Source: Paraspadella gotoi
Taxonomy: Eukaryota > Animalia > Chaetognatha
Assembly (NCBI GenBank): GCA_051294375.1
Contig: JBJCIZ010000028.1
Location: forward strand, 1,239,576 to 1,303,575
Direction of reading: 5' to 3'
Length of the DNA: 64,000 bases
The notes under the pieces: generated by a model
What the model saw: only the letters and a program-made list of their open reading frames with translations
Database searches by the model: none
Told to the model about the DNA's origin: nothing
Shown here: positions 35,888-49,231 of the stretch, piece by piece
Layout of the letters: each line of letters opens with the position of its first letter
Numbering within the stretch: the first letter of the stretch is position 1
Translations under genes and position numbers: made by a program

Positions 35888-38550
35888 CACTCACCTGACG
35901 CAATGAAGGAATAAAACTATAGTAACGTAAAGCAGCTGCTTATAAGCGGCGCCCGAAGGATCTCCGTAGTTCATGTCCTGATAAAGACAAAGGATCTTTG
36001 TCCACTGCGCCTCTCGACTCTCGATGGCAAAGATGCCCTTGCTGGCCGCCCAGCCTAACTCTGCCCCGGCCGCGTCGATGATGCCGAAGAGGGTCGCCCA
36101 GGGATCGAAGGGCTGCGACGTCGTCGTCTTGTCTCCAGGAGCAGCAGCAGCACCGCCGGCTCCGGCGAGGGTCTCGCTCTCCTCCAGCCGCAGCAGATGG
36201 GGCTGAGTGATGTAGTTGATGCAGAAGTCGATGGATTTTTGGATCCAACGATAAAGATTCTTCTGTTGAGGATCGGAGACGCGAGCGAGGACGACGGGAA
36301 GAACGTCGACGACGACCATCTTGCGGTGGGCGTTCACTGGGGTCGGTTCAACCTTTTTAAAAAGGTAAGGTAAGGTAAGGTCCATTCCGTTGATGGGATC
36401 ATGTTATAAAGTTAACTATTGAAGGACCATGAACTAGCTTGGACATCTTTTATATCTAAGCAAATATGTTTTTTTTTTTTTAAAAACGAGAACGCTGACA
36501 GTGACACCTGTCATCATGATTTATCGTCGTTGTCATCTGGTCACAGTCGTGTCTGTGAGATCATTTGTATATGTCGTTGTCATCGTAATCATTATGATGG
36601 TTGTCATCGTCATCTTTGGCCAATGACTGACTGACTGACCCCTCTTTCTTGCTGCCTCTGCTGTTGATGTTGCTTCTCCGCGTTGATGAGTCGCTCGATG
36701 AGGATCGTCCCGTGCTCCTTCGATTCACGAGATAAATATTTATAAAAATGTAAATTAAATAAATTATTATATCCCGAAACATAAAAAAAAAAAAAAAAAA
36801 AACCTGCATGAGCGAAGGGAACATTTCCAATATCAAGAGTTTGACTCTCGCGTGTTCGACGATGTCGCTGCATCGATCCGCCACCTGACGGGAGAAAAAA
36901 AAACGTTATCGACGTCTCCATGGCAACTCGAGACTCACCTTTTTTTCTACCTTCAACAGCATGACCTCCTGCACGTGGGACGGCAACGTTTGAAAGAGGG
37001 CGCGATGAAAATGGGTTGGGTCGCGGTCGCCCTCACCTCGGAGGGATTCCGCGATGGAGGTAAGTTCATCCCAGAGTCGAGGTTCGTTCTCAAGTCGGGG
37101 CTGCGGTGGTGGGGGGGGGGGAAAGAGAGAAACAAAGAAAAAGGGACAAAAAGAAAGAGACAGGACGGGGAGGGGAAATAATAGTAATTATGAGTTGCCA
37201 AGTGAATAAATCAAATCTGTAATAATTTTACTTATGAATAAAGCGTCGTTAAAAGTCTAAATTTAACTTAAATAAAATTCTAAAAGTGAGGAATGAACTA
37301 CGTGGTACTAATGAACATTAATGTATAAAAAATTTTATTATATTTTTTGCAATTTACAGTAGCATAGTACTAACCCTATAAATGTTACAATTTCCAAATG
37401 GTTTTCATAAGATTTTTTTTGCAGATTTGGTTTCGTCAAAAAAGTTTATAATAAGAAATATAACTCATTTTTTAAAAAAATTTTCATTAAGTTGGTCAAA
37501 AATCGTATAACTATATATTAAGCTGAAAATTAATTTTTTGTATATTAAATGTTTTTTATTTTTTAACTCAATGAAAGAATTTTTTAAAATTAGTTATGGT
37601 GGACCAACCGTTCATCAGCGGCCATTGGTGCCGGAGGCAAGTCATTCGCCTCCCAACCCAAAGGTCCAGGGTTCTAGCATTGTCGGGAAGAAACTTTCGT
37701 GAAGATTCATCATCGGACTTTTATTCATTTAAAATATTAATTCATTGACAAATAAAACATTTCACCACGGTTCTATTCATTTATTATTCATTGATTGATA
37801 TTTATTATTCAATGAATTAATATTCAAATGAATAAAAAGTCCGATGATGAATCTTCCTTTGGGTCACCCCACACTCATCATTACCCGTTAGGGGGTATGC
37901 AGGATTCGCCCCCTAGAAGCATGGTCGTCGCCTAGGAGTTAAGAGGGACAGGGCGCCTGTAACATGGTGTTACAGCCTGATCCGAAGCTCAGGGACTGCT
38001 TATATTGAACGGTTCTGTCACTAACACATAACTATAATTACTGCCTCATCAGAGTTAAATTTTCTTTTATCAACTTTTGACAAGGAATTTAAGGATTTTT
38101 TAAGGATAGTACTATATATTATATATTATATATATTATATAACTATAGTCTACTGAGAAAACATACAATTATTTTACTCTTTTTTAAATTTAATGTTCAT
38201 TGGTTGTTCATGTTCATAATTGACCATTAGAATTTCCAGACGTCACTTTCACTACTAGTGATCAATTAATGAGCCTCACCTTTCACTCACCTAAAAACCA
38301 AATCTTTGAGCAAGAGTCCCGCCTGTTTGACATTCCCCGCCGCCTTCTCGATGGCGTAGGCTTCGAACTGGACCGAGAATTCTTTGGGGAAGAGAGTCTT
38401 GGCGGTGATGAGCCAAGCCTTGGCCGCTGAAGGATCGCTCTCCAGATGCTCGCGGGCCTTAATGGAGGGGAGCCGCGTTTTATAGAGAGTTCTTTCAACT
38501 CCGTTTTTGAAACCTGGTTCGATGCCATCATTGGCACCTTCGCCATTCAT
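24367..38550 (-). CDS. INTS10: Integrator complex subunit 10, multi-exon (locus partly misassembled)
   Basis: First exon has KAREHLESDPSAAKAWLITAKTLFPKEFSVQFEAY. An internal exon has WTWFNEFHIDLSIYQ (~29300). The last exon has DRALGHLIVL...LEEFAFLRTPEGGRVSLDVLP...TRGANRGAAEDFR. All match recalled INTS10 motifs. Confidence 0.9.
24983..35478. other. Probable assembly artefact: noisy, indel-rich direct and inverted re-copies of neighbouring sequence between N gaps
   Basis: ~24983-28380 is an insertion-riddled copy of ~22715-24960. ~29700-30300 is a noisy reverse copy of ~37740-38310. 33470-33930 is the reverse complement of 35480-35900. 34016-34620 repeats 36385-36985. 35141-35467 repeats 37273-37585. 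Real INTS10 exons lie at ~28690-29680. Confidence 0.75.
37595..38051 (+). mobile_element. Subfamily D tRNA-twister element with a deleted twister core and a nested insertion
   Basis: Matches 23638-23871, with flanks TAGT/GAGT. It is interrupted at the B-box by ~240 bp that includes the foldback at 37701-37856. Confidence 0.75.
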
Positions 38551-39295
38551 TAAATGAAGATTTTCTTCGGAATTAATAACATCGTAACTTTCACAAAGAA
38601 ACTTTTTGCAATCAACTTCATCAAATTTAAGCGATGACTTTTCTTACTCTAGAGACGAGGAGATTAAGCGCCGCCTCTCCACTTCCGTCAGAGTTCATCA
38701 AAGGAATCATCATTTATTTATATAACATCACAACTGGAAATTTCAAATTATAAAGTAATTATAAACGGATTTGGTTTAAAACCAACAGAAAGAGTCAACC
38801 GTTATCGCGGTTGTGGGATGAAAAAAATGTTAAATGCTTTTCTTCATCAACATAAGAGACTCGGGAGCAAAAGTTTTCTCTTCGTGCAGAAAATCGTGGT
38901 TGCCTTCCAACGCGTAATCAAATTGTAGGGAAATTCGTTAGTCGTTCATTAGTCGCCAGAAGTTCGGTTAACCTTTGAAAGGATGTTTTTTTTTTCTTTC
39001 AGCTTCCTAAAAATCTCGACAGGCTTTAGAACTAATGTCATAATTAAAGCAAGATAACAAACTCGAACAAAATTATATTCGTTCAAGACAGTAATAGTTA
39101 TACGAGTTTCCCTCGATTCTTTTTTTTTTAAAAAGAAAGTATTTCATAGAAATGTGAAAAAGAAAACTTATTTCGTCCAGAAATAAGAAGTTAATAAAGT
39201 TGCATTGTAAAACCAATGAAAAAAATATTTATACGTAAAGTGCGGAAAATTTTTTAAAAAACGGGGAGCAGAAGTGACGGTTATGGTAAAAGCGT

Positions 39296-39570
39296 GGAAG
39301 GTGGGGATTGAGGAGGATTGGGGAAGGAGAGGATGGGGATTGGGGAAGGTGAATAGGATGGGATTGGGGAGGGGAGAGATGGGGATTTTTGAAGGGGAGA
39401 TGGGGATTGGGGAAGGGGAGGATGGGATTGGGGAAGGGGATGGGATGGGGTGGAAGGGGAGGATGGGGAAGGAGAGGATGGGGATTGGGGAAGGAGAGGA
39501 TGGGGATTGGGGAAGGAGAGGATGGGGATGGAAAGGGAGGATGGGATTGGGAAGGAGGATGAGGAACGGG
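39296..39570. repeat. Purine/G-tract degenerate repeat (GGATGGGGATTGGGGAAG-like), G-quadruplex-capable on +
   Basis: Many GGG/GGGG runs with short loops, downstream of the NDST stop. Confidence 0.8.
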
Positions 39571-39676
39571 TAAGTGCTGATGAGTGGGGAAGGTAGGGAA
39601 ACCACAAGGAATGACAGCGGGGAAAGGTAAGCCAGTTGATGGGGGGGGGGAGGACACAGGAAGGACGGGGAAAGAT

Positions 39677-39772
39677 TGTTCATTGTTCAATGTTCAATGT
39701 TCATTGTTCAATGTTCATTGTTCAATGTTCATTGTTCAATGTTCATTGTTCAATGTTCATTGTTCAATGTTC
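39677..39772. repeat. 7-bp tandem repeat TGTTCA(A/T) abutting the NDST stop codon
   Basis: Directly visible. Confidence 0.9.
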
Positions 39773-42527
39773 AAACTTCGGAGACTTTGGTCAAATCTTC
39801 TTCGAGCCAATTGGGGATCTTGAGTCCGAGTTTCTTCAATAGTTTGACCAGCGCCAAATTGTGAGGCTCGAAGTGACGTTGGAGATAATTTTGGGTGAGT
39901 AAATCCATCGGAGGATAACGACGACCCTTACCTTTGCCGAGACAAAGAGTTCGACGCTCGTCTTTGATTTGGCAGAAAAATCCTTAAGGTATTATTGCTT
40001 CAAATTAATTCAAATTACATTTGGTTTCATTTTGTATTTGTTTTTCAAAATACGTACCCTACCCTCAAATAAACTTTTGCCATCCTACGATAATAATCGG
40101 CCATACAGTATCAATCACACTGTATTTTTTTAATGATCTTCTAACGAGATTTAACGATCAAAATCTTAAATCGGTCAACTTACCCAATAGCCCTTACCAT
40201 TCGATCCCCACCTTTCCTTACCTTTCTTGGGATCGAACTTGATCAACTCCTCATAATTAACTTTCTCCACATCCAAAAAGTCCTGCACTCGATCCAAGAC
40301 TCCGTAAGGCCTCGACTTGAGTTCCTCTCCGTCCACGACGAGCAGCTGCCGCGGCGGCACGTGACTCAACCACCGCTCCAGATGCTGCGCGTAGTAGCCG
40401 GGCTGCAGACAATGGTTGCGGAGGCTGCGGAGCTGGCGGACGTGAGACGGGGAAAGATGTGGCGCCGCCGAGCCGGCGACGATGTCGTGGAAGGAGTGGG
40501 CGAGAGCGACGGGCTCCCGTTTGGCCCGAGAATGTTGATACCAAGAGTAGGCTCGTTTGGCGGCGGAAATTATGATGACGATCACGCGGGTTTTAGGGAG
40601 AAGGGCGCGGACGCGTTGGGGGACCAGCTCCTTTTGGGTTGGAAGAGAGGGTTAATTCATTTATTAATTTCAATATTTAAATTAACAATTTACACAAAGT
40701 AATGATATTTTTTTTTTTTAGAATAACTCGGCAAGTCGGCATCGTACTGGATAATTACATTGGTTATTATTTTAAAACCGAATTAATAATCCTCACTTTA
40801 CAGATTGAACCAGTTTAAAAAACTAGGACATTGAACTTTAAAGTTATTGATTAACAACGAATAACACAAGTCGCCATTATTTTTTTTTTCACCTGATCGA
40901 AATAATTGGCGGATTTTTCGAAGATCAACTTCCCTTGGGTTTGATTTCGATCGGGAAAGAAAGTCATGTACCAATCGACGCCTCGAAAGTAATTGTTTCC
41001 GTTGAAGAACTGAACTTCTTCGTAGGTTTCCGAACTCTGCGATGAAAGGACCAAAGGATGAATTTTTTAATAAATCCTATTAATTAAAGGAATGAGTTAA
41101 TCTATCGTTGGATCGATGGATGGATAACCTTAATCGAGGCAGAAATCCTTGGATGCAGAGTCAAGAACCAATGCAAGGCCGTCGTCCCCGTCTTTTGCGG
41201 ACCGACGATGATGAAGTCGGGAAGGCGACCGCAAGTCTTCTCCGCCGACCAGATTTCTCTGAGGAAAAAAAAGGAAAAAAAAGAAAATGATTAAAATGAA
41301 AGAAAATGGAAAAGAGAAGTCCCAACCTGTGGCGGGGATCGGAGCAAGGGTCTCCCCAGAGGGGACTCTGTTCCCCGGGGAACAACTCGAAATATTTCAT
41401 CGCCAACTCAAAGGGAGGAGCTGATTTGATGCGAAGGTTCGTCCAACACGAGACGAAGTCGAAGAGAGACTGAAAATTGATAATTATTTTTTATTTATAT
41501 AATCATCACGGAATGGACTATTAAACGGACTTGGTTGGCTAGTGATGTGGATTGGCTCGTCTCCTTTCCGAATATCAGATACCAGACGAATCAACAGACT
41601 ACTTCACCTTACGAATGACGAAATGGACCGACAGAGGAACCGACAGAGGGATTCGATGGTCAAATAGCTAAGAGAACTCGAGAGCATTCACCTCTTACAC
41701 CCCAACTCAAGAAAGAACTCTTCTTTCAAATAAATATATACATTTAATATTGTCATCACCTTTGTCTTACCTTTGTTATGTGTCATCGTTATCTGTGTTC
41801 ATCACCCTTCATTTGTCCGTCATTAAAATATTTATCAACCAAAATACTTTGCCCACTTATATTACCCTCGTTATTTTGACTAAACGTCAACTTCCAGGCA
41901 GTCGTTGGCTCGTCGTGATGTTGTCGACTTCCCCACTCCTCCGAATGAGACTTAATTGAAACTACCTATCCCACTCGGAAACTACGCTTATCCTATGAAA
42001 AACTACGCTACCCTACTCGAAAAATTTGTGCACTTCCCTGTTCCCGAAGATTCTTCAGCTCACAATTAACTTGTTCAAAAAAAAAAAAAAAGATAAAAAA
42101 AAAAGAAGAAATTAATACAAAGTTTTCTCCTTTCAATTGCCCCTTTTGATATTTTGAAATAACTTTTTGCGAAATCAGGAGTTGCGTACTACGCTAGCCG
42201 AGTGCCAAAAAACAAACAAACGAAATCAAACTAAAAATTCCCTCTCCGCCCCCCCCAAAAGGTACTATTTCCCTAAATTTTCGAAACTGTTCCCCTCCGT
42301 TCAAATTCAGCAAAACAAAAACCAAACAAAACAATTTCTATATATCCCACGCTCTTCCTTCCTTCGTGCTTTGGCACTACGTCGTCACGTGCCAGCATCT
42401 CCCAACAAAAGAAATCGAATCGACGTTCTCCCTCTCCTCTCGAAATCTCGCTGCCCAGTCCATCGCTCCTGACCGATTCTAGAGAATCGAAAAAGATCAT
42501 TGTCCGTAAAAAAAAATAAAAATCTAG

Positions 42528-42561
<34 letters not shown>

Positions 42562-45500
42562 TCTCCTTTGATCATCTTGAGTAAGAATGAACACAACAAA
42601 AAATGGCTCAACCCAGTCCGTAAATGAAAGAATTCAAGTACATTTGAAAACGCCGCCTTAAAGTCAATTTCCGCCTCCCCCTTACTCTTCTCTTCGTTGC
42701 CCATCAGCAATGAAATGAAAATAATTGTAAGAGGCTTTCTCTCCATATTTTCAAAAATCAACCTTGTACACGTTTCATTCATGGCACCATGATGGCCCTA
42801 AAGGATTGTCAGCTTTTTCAAATGAACAAAGCAGGCTCTTTGGTCATTTAGAGGTCCAAAAACATTCTCATGACAATTTCAATTAACCCTTTACTAGCCT
42901 GGCTGTACGTTTCAAGAGATAACATTTTTGAAGGCAAGAAGACGATTTTTTTGCTCTTGCCTTCAAGTTGACTCAACTGTTGATGCTCTCGTTGTTTTGT
43001 TACTTGAGTTCCATCGTTATTAAAAGAAAGGAACAGGAATTCAACAATAGAAAGAATTGAAAGAAGATAGAGAAGAAAAGAAGAGAAGGAAAGAAAGAGA
43101 AGAAGAAGAGAAGAGAGAAAAGAAATTATGAAAGAAAGAAAGAAGCTGACAAAAAGGATACCGATGGAATAGAGAGCAAGAATACGGTCGAGAGGCATCT
43201 GAGAGCACTTCTCACTGTGTAGGGATAACTATTCCAGAAAAGTAAAAATTCAGGTAAAGTAGAAGTAAAATAAAGAAAGCAGAAGATGGAGAAAAGAAGA
43301 TGAAACTTAAACTTGCTGAAAAAATGGACGCCCTCATATTTTTCAGTAAATTCATAAGGATATCGATTTTGACTCTCTAGTGACCTACAGTACTAAGAAG
43401 ATGCAGAAACGCAAACTTTCTTGCTACAACTTCCCGGAGGATTTAAACTCCCATAAAGTCTAATTCTGCATCACAAACAGAAGCTGAAAACTAGCACCCA
43501 CATGTCCAATTCGATCGGCAAACAGAGCTCACACAGTAGACAATGGCACCAAATTCCAGCTTATCTAGGCTGGTTTTAAAGCTCTTATGATACATTGGGA
43601 ACTTCTTTTCCTTCCACCAATAGTTTCAGTCTGAATACCAAGAAAAGAGACGTGACAAGCAAATCCCAAAAATTTTACAATGAAATCACAACTTGCTTTT
43701 TGAAAGCCAAAGACCACACAAGAACAAAATGGCTCAGACAACAGCAAAAATAAAAGTAAGAGAGCTTGACAGCAACAAATAATAACTTAAATATTTCCCC
43801 CTCTCAACTAATTCAGGAACCTTTTCCTTTTTTCCCAACAGGTTTTTGGGGGCCCACTCAATTGCCAAATGAAATCTTTAGATTGGAAAAGATTAATTCA
43901 CCTTGCTTCAGATTTTGCCCATTTGACAAAAGCTTTTTATCAACAAGCATTTTCAAAGCACGGCCCAGACCTACTTCATACACCTACAGAGTTAAACCGC
44001 CTTCCCGTGATTGGCAAACCCATTTGAGCACCCTTACAGCAAATCAACATTCAACCAGCCAAAGGAATATTCCCATAAACTAATGGAACTGAAAATTGAG
44101 CCACCTCATTTGTAGACCATGCTGTTTGCTTCTCAAGACCAGAAAAATATCCTCAATTATACTGTCAGAACATGCCATTTCGGACAAGGAATGTTAGCCT
44201 ACTCGCAAACCACCCACTGGGATGTGTAGATGGCACCAGCAAGACTCGTCTGGTGTTCTAAAAACCCGCCCTCGTCGATAGAAAAAGGGGGTGACATCAA
44301 CGGAATGGGACCTATAAACGGACTTGGTTTGGCCTTAGTGGATGTTGATTGCTCGTCTCCTTCAGAATCATCAGAATACCGACGATCACAGACCTTTACT
44401 TCAACCTTGAATGCCATGACCGCGAGGAAACGAGCGGAGGGAATTGAATGGTCAAATAGCTAGAGAACTTGAGGCATTCACCTCTACACCCAACTTCAAG
44501 AAAGAATTTTTCAAATTAATTATTGAACCATTTGAATTTGTCATCACCTTTGTCTATAACCTTTGTCTCGTGTCATCGTTTATCTGTGTCTTTCACCCTA
44601 TCTATTGTCCGTCATTTTAATAAACTTTATAACCATACTTTGCCACTTATTATTTACCCTCGTTTATTTGATTTAAACGTCTAACATATTAAAATTATTC
44701 TTTTAAATATTGACGAAAATTAATATTTATTTTATAAGGAAGCCTTTTTCTCTCATAGTGATACGACTACAACGTACAATATGTAAAAAAGTATTAATAC
44801 ATGGATTTTTTTAAAAATATTGAATAGACAAATTGTAGACATATTGTGAGTTTTGACTGACCCTGAATGTCAAGAGAGCGAGTCGATCCCGCGCGTAGTT
44901 TGACATGTGAGTCATGAAGATATTGACAGGATTAAAGAGAAGAGTTTGGAAGAGCTCTCCGCCCTGGATTGGCAAAAGGTGAGAGGAGGAAACCAATTGA
45001 ATACATTCAACGATAGATAATATAATATAGTCATTCAATATATATGTTTTTGATGAGTTGATTCCATTGATTTACTTGATTAAATGAGATTAGCTAATGA
45101 TTTATTAAAATTAGTTTGTGAACAATTGCTACTTTTTTGGTCGAAAATGAATTGATGAATTAAAATACTAAAATTAAGAAAGATTATCTTGCGATTGAAT
45201 GATTAATATATTGCTATTTTGCGAGTGATAGATTATTTCGATGCCGACTTGCCTCTATCGATCGAAAGAGCGCCTTTTTTCCGCCAGGATATTCGTCCAA
45301 GTAGAGATTGTGCGTGTAAAGTCCGCAAGTTTGTCGTGGGAGAACGAAGATATCTCTGTGGACGAATCCCCTTCGCTTGTGCGGCGGACGGAGGTGGGGA
45401 TATTCCTCGGTGCTCGTTACTCTCACGCCCCAGACTTTCTTCCAGGCTTGATAGAGGGCGTCGTGAACTTTAAATCGAAGAAAAATCATAATACAGAATA

Positions 45501-48279
45501 GTAATAGTGCATCTTCAAACATTCAATATTAATTCACAACTCTACTCACCGGGATAAACGCCAGAATGATGCGGCGCTACAGAGTAGACGGTCTCGTCCA
45601 GCGGAATACCGCGCTGCAGCCCGAACTCCCGATTCCACTGCATCTCCTGCAGCATCTGCGCAGAGTCCAGCTTGTGTGGCTGCGTGTGTCTCCACATGTG
45701 GCCGAACCACAGGAATTCTTTAGCTCGAGAGATGAGATAATCCTCAGCTTCGTCTTCGTCGCTTTGGCCGCGGTGGTAGAAATTACCTAAATAATCATTA
45801 ATGTTTAATAACTTTTAATCATTTAAATAATTAAATAATTCTGACCCGAATATCCCAAGAGAAACTTGAATCCCGGGATTACGTCGGCGAAGTCTCTCTG
45901 CGCATCGAGGAGGGCGTCGACGTCGGACTCGATCATCCGGACGCGACCAACCAAGATATCGTCGATGTCGATCTGGACGAAGCGATCGAGGGAGATCGAG
46001 ATGCGACCTGGAGGAGGGAGAAAGGGAGTTAGAGAAGAGAAGAGAAGAGAAGAGAAGAGAAGAGAAGAGAGAGAAGCCAAGCCAAGCCACCGTTGGACAG
46101 ATGATCCAGCGCCTCAAGGAATAAAACTTTGTGCAGCCAAACGGAGGAGATTTCGTGGCCGAAGAAGACGCGACGGATTCCATCGTTGGCGCCCGTGTCC
46201 TAGAGAAAATTGGGGGGGGGGAATGGGAAGTGGTGGGGTAAAAGAAGAAATGAAAATATTGGGTCAATGTTGGGAAATGACATTTCTAAAGACTCTCAAT
46301 ATACTCCTCTTTCACATTATCAGTTTTAAGTCTTTAAACTTTCGGTTCGAAGAATTGTCAAAGTACATTATTTTCTAAGATATTGTGGCGAATCCTAAAT
46401 TCGCCTCCCGTATAGCTTGGTGAAACTCAGCTCGTCCCATTGGCTTGGACAGCTAAGTACTCGTTCACCAACCGTGAGTTCAGGGTTCAATCCCCTAACG
46501 GTCACGCTGGTTAAAGTGTGATGGTGTCGGCATAAACACGCCAGTGACATGGGGTGGTCACTGCAGGTCCAAAGCCCTGAGCGCCAGCTGTCGGGAGATG
46601 CCTCACACCCCAGGCATTACACATGTCCCTCCGTTGCCATAATATACAAATAAACCCATGCTTTCTCGTCTATATTATATCGTTGTCCTTGGGCTCCTCC
46701 TCCTCCTCTCACCTGCATGACTGTGACGAGAGCGACTCGATCCTCGACGAGAGATTCCAAACTCGAATTTGTCGCCGCAGACTTAATTGTAATAAGCTTA
46801 TTATTTAAACTAATAAAATATTTTAATAAAGAAAGGCTTTATAGGCTTTACCTGCTTGTCCGCTCTGAAGGCAAGAGCGACTGGGACGAAGGCTTCATCG
46901 CCGTCGGCGTGAAACGAAGTCCAATCGCGTTTAGGCGTCGGGCCTGTCAGGACTCGCCCGGGGCGGAGAATGCGGAAGAGCGGAGAGGAGGGAAAGAGTT
47001 GAAGATCCTGAGATTAAGTTATTTGGTTATTTTAAGTTATTATAATAAGAATTTTGCGCCGTTGATTTAATAACCTATTTGAGCAATAAATAATTAAACC
47101 TTTTTAGCAGTTGTTTCAAAACTTTTAATTTATAAGTATTTTCAAAGAATTTATTTTGAAGAATGGAGTTAAGTTAAGGCTTAACCCATATAGCCTGTCC
47201 AAAGTTGAATGAATAGTGAACATTGATTGAACTTATTTCATATTTAAAATAAATGACTCTTTTCTTTCCTTTTCATTCCCTTACCTTCAAGGCAAGATTG
47301 GTCGAATACACCAAATTGGGAATTCCTTTAAGCGGTCGGTCAGTCTCCGTCTCGTCCGCGGGTTTAGAGAAGTAGATCATCCCAGCCTTGTAGTGTTGAC
47401 AGTACGAGTCCAGGAGATCCCGGTTCCACTGATTCAATCTCATGTAGGACAAAAGATTCTCGAAAACGATCACGGCGTAGCGGCCCTATGAGAGAGAGGG
47501 AGAGAGTGAGTGGGCGTCGATCGTCAACAAATAGTCGCTGTAGAATTTCCCCTTTCAGTTCTCCTTCCTTTTTACTCAAGATTTCTTTTTTTTTCTTTTC
47601 TTTTTTTTTAAGAGTTTTTTTAATTTTTCTTAGTTTTTTCTTTTTTTTTATTGAACGTTTATGAAAAAAAAATGGCGACGAAAGTTTGGAAAATCGTCAA
47701 CGGAACTTGCAGGCTGAGGATCGTGACTTCAAGGCCAAGAAGCGTCATTCCCGATCGACAGGCGAGAAAATTAATGATGCGTCCTTAGCCGTATAAGGTA
47801 GAAAGGGAAGGATAAGAAACGAATCATGAGAACTCATGTACCTTCAAGACTCTGTAAGACTCTGAAAGGCTCGGTAAGGCTCGGTTAGACTCGGTAAGTC
47901 TATTTCTCCACCGCAGACTTTGACGAGACGGCTGCGTCGAAATCCCGGCGGCGGCGGCGGCGGGGCGGCGACGCTGCTGTCGGCGGCGCCTTACCTTTTA
48001 AAAGAGACTCAACGGAAGTACAGCGCCGACGAGGAGGAGGAAGAGGAAGAAGAGGAGGAAGAGGAGGAGGTGCAAAAGAAGGGTCTTCGCAGGGAAATGA
48101 TACGGGTAATAGGAAAGATTTTAAACGATACTTTTAATATTTGAGGTAATAGTCTTTATTGAATAATTTTACACTTTTTGGGGATTTACATTATTGATGA
48201 AATACAATAATGAAAAAAAAGCTAAGAATTCAATGAAAACAATTTTTGAAAAGCTCACGTAAACCAGATTGTTTAAGCG

Positions 48280-48330
<51 letters not shown>

Positions 48331-49172
48331 GCCGATCCCCACGCGCGAGAAATGGGCGAACTGGACAAACAACGCCGAATCCAATCCTCAGTATCGAGCG
48401 ACTGTTCGAGCGGCTCGCGCCGTCCTCTCTCAGCCGCCGCCGCCGCCGCCGACCTTTCCCGCTCTGCCGCCGGGATTCTGCGCCGATCCGGAGAAGGTTC
48501 CGCCGGTGCCGCCTCCGCTGCCGACGATCCAGTTCTTCGGTGAGTCATTTCACTATTCTTTAACAAGTATGAATCTTGTGTAAGCGAGTTCTCACCCTAA
48601 CAGCGATGCAAGACGAGAATGAAAACAACTCGAAGCTGCCGAGCAGCTGCCCCAAGCCGAGTCCCTGTCTCGCCCAGGAGCCGGAATGCGCGGCCAAACT
48701 GCAAATGACGCCCAAGTGAGATGGAAGAGGCCAGGGGTTTTAAGAAACAAAGTCAGTTAAACTTAGCACTAGATAGATAATGACCATCTCGCTTTCGCTC
48801 TCTCGCTCTCACACTCTCACCACCACAGAATTCCCGACCTTCCTTTCTGCGATCACCCTGACCCGCCGCCGGACCTTCCCGTCCCACCTCCCTGCGGCGA
48901 GCTCGGTCCGCCGCCGCCACCGCCCCCCGATCCGCCCAAGATGATGGTCGATCCCGAGGGTCCACCGCCCGGCCTGCCGGAGCCGCCCTGCATGTCTTAC
49001 GATCTGCCAGCGCCGCCGGAGCCCTGCTCTGGCAACGATCCGCCCAAGATTCCCCCGCTGCCTTGTTTCCCCTTGGAACGACCAATCACCGCAATGAACA
49101 AATGCGATGAGGAAAACAACAACAACTTCGCTATCAACGAAGTTCCGAAATTGCCCGACGTGGAGGCGAGTG

Positions 49173-49231
<59 letters not shown>

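Noticed and set aside
39168-39864. Pro-, Gly- and Cys-rich ORFs
   Set aside because: They are translations of simple repeats downstream of the NDST stop.
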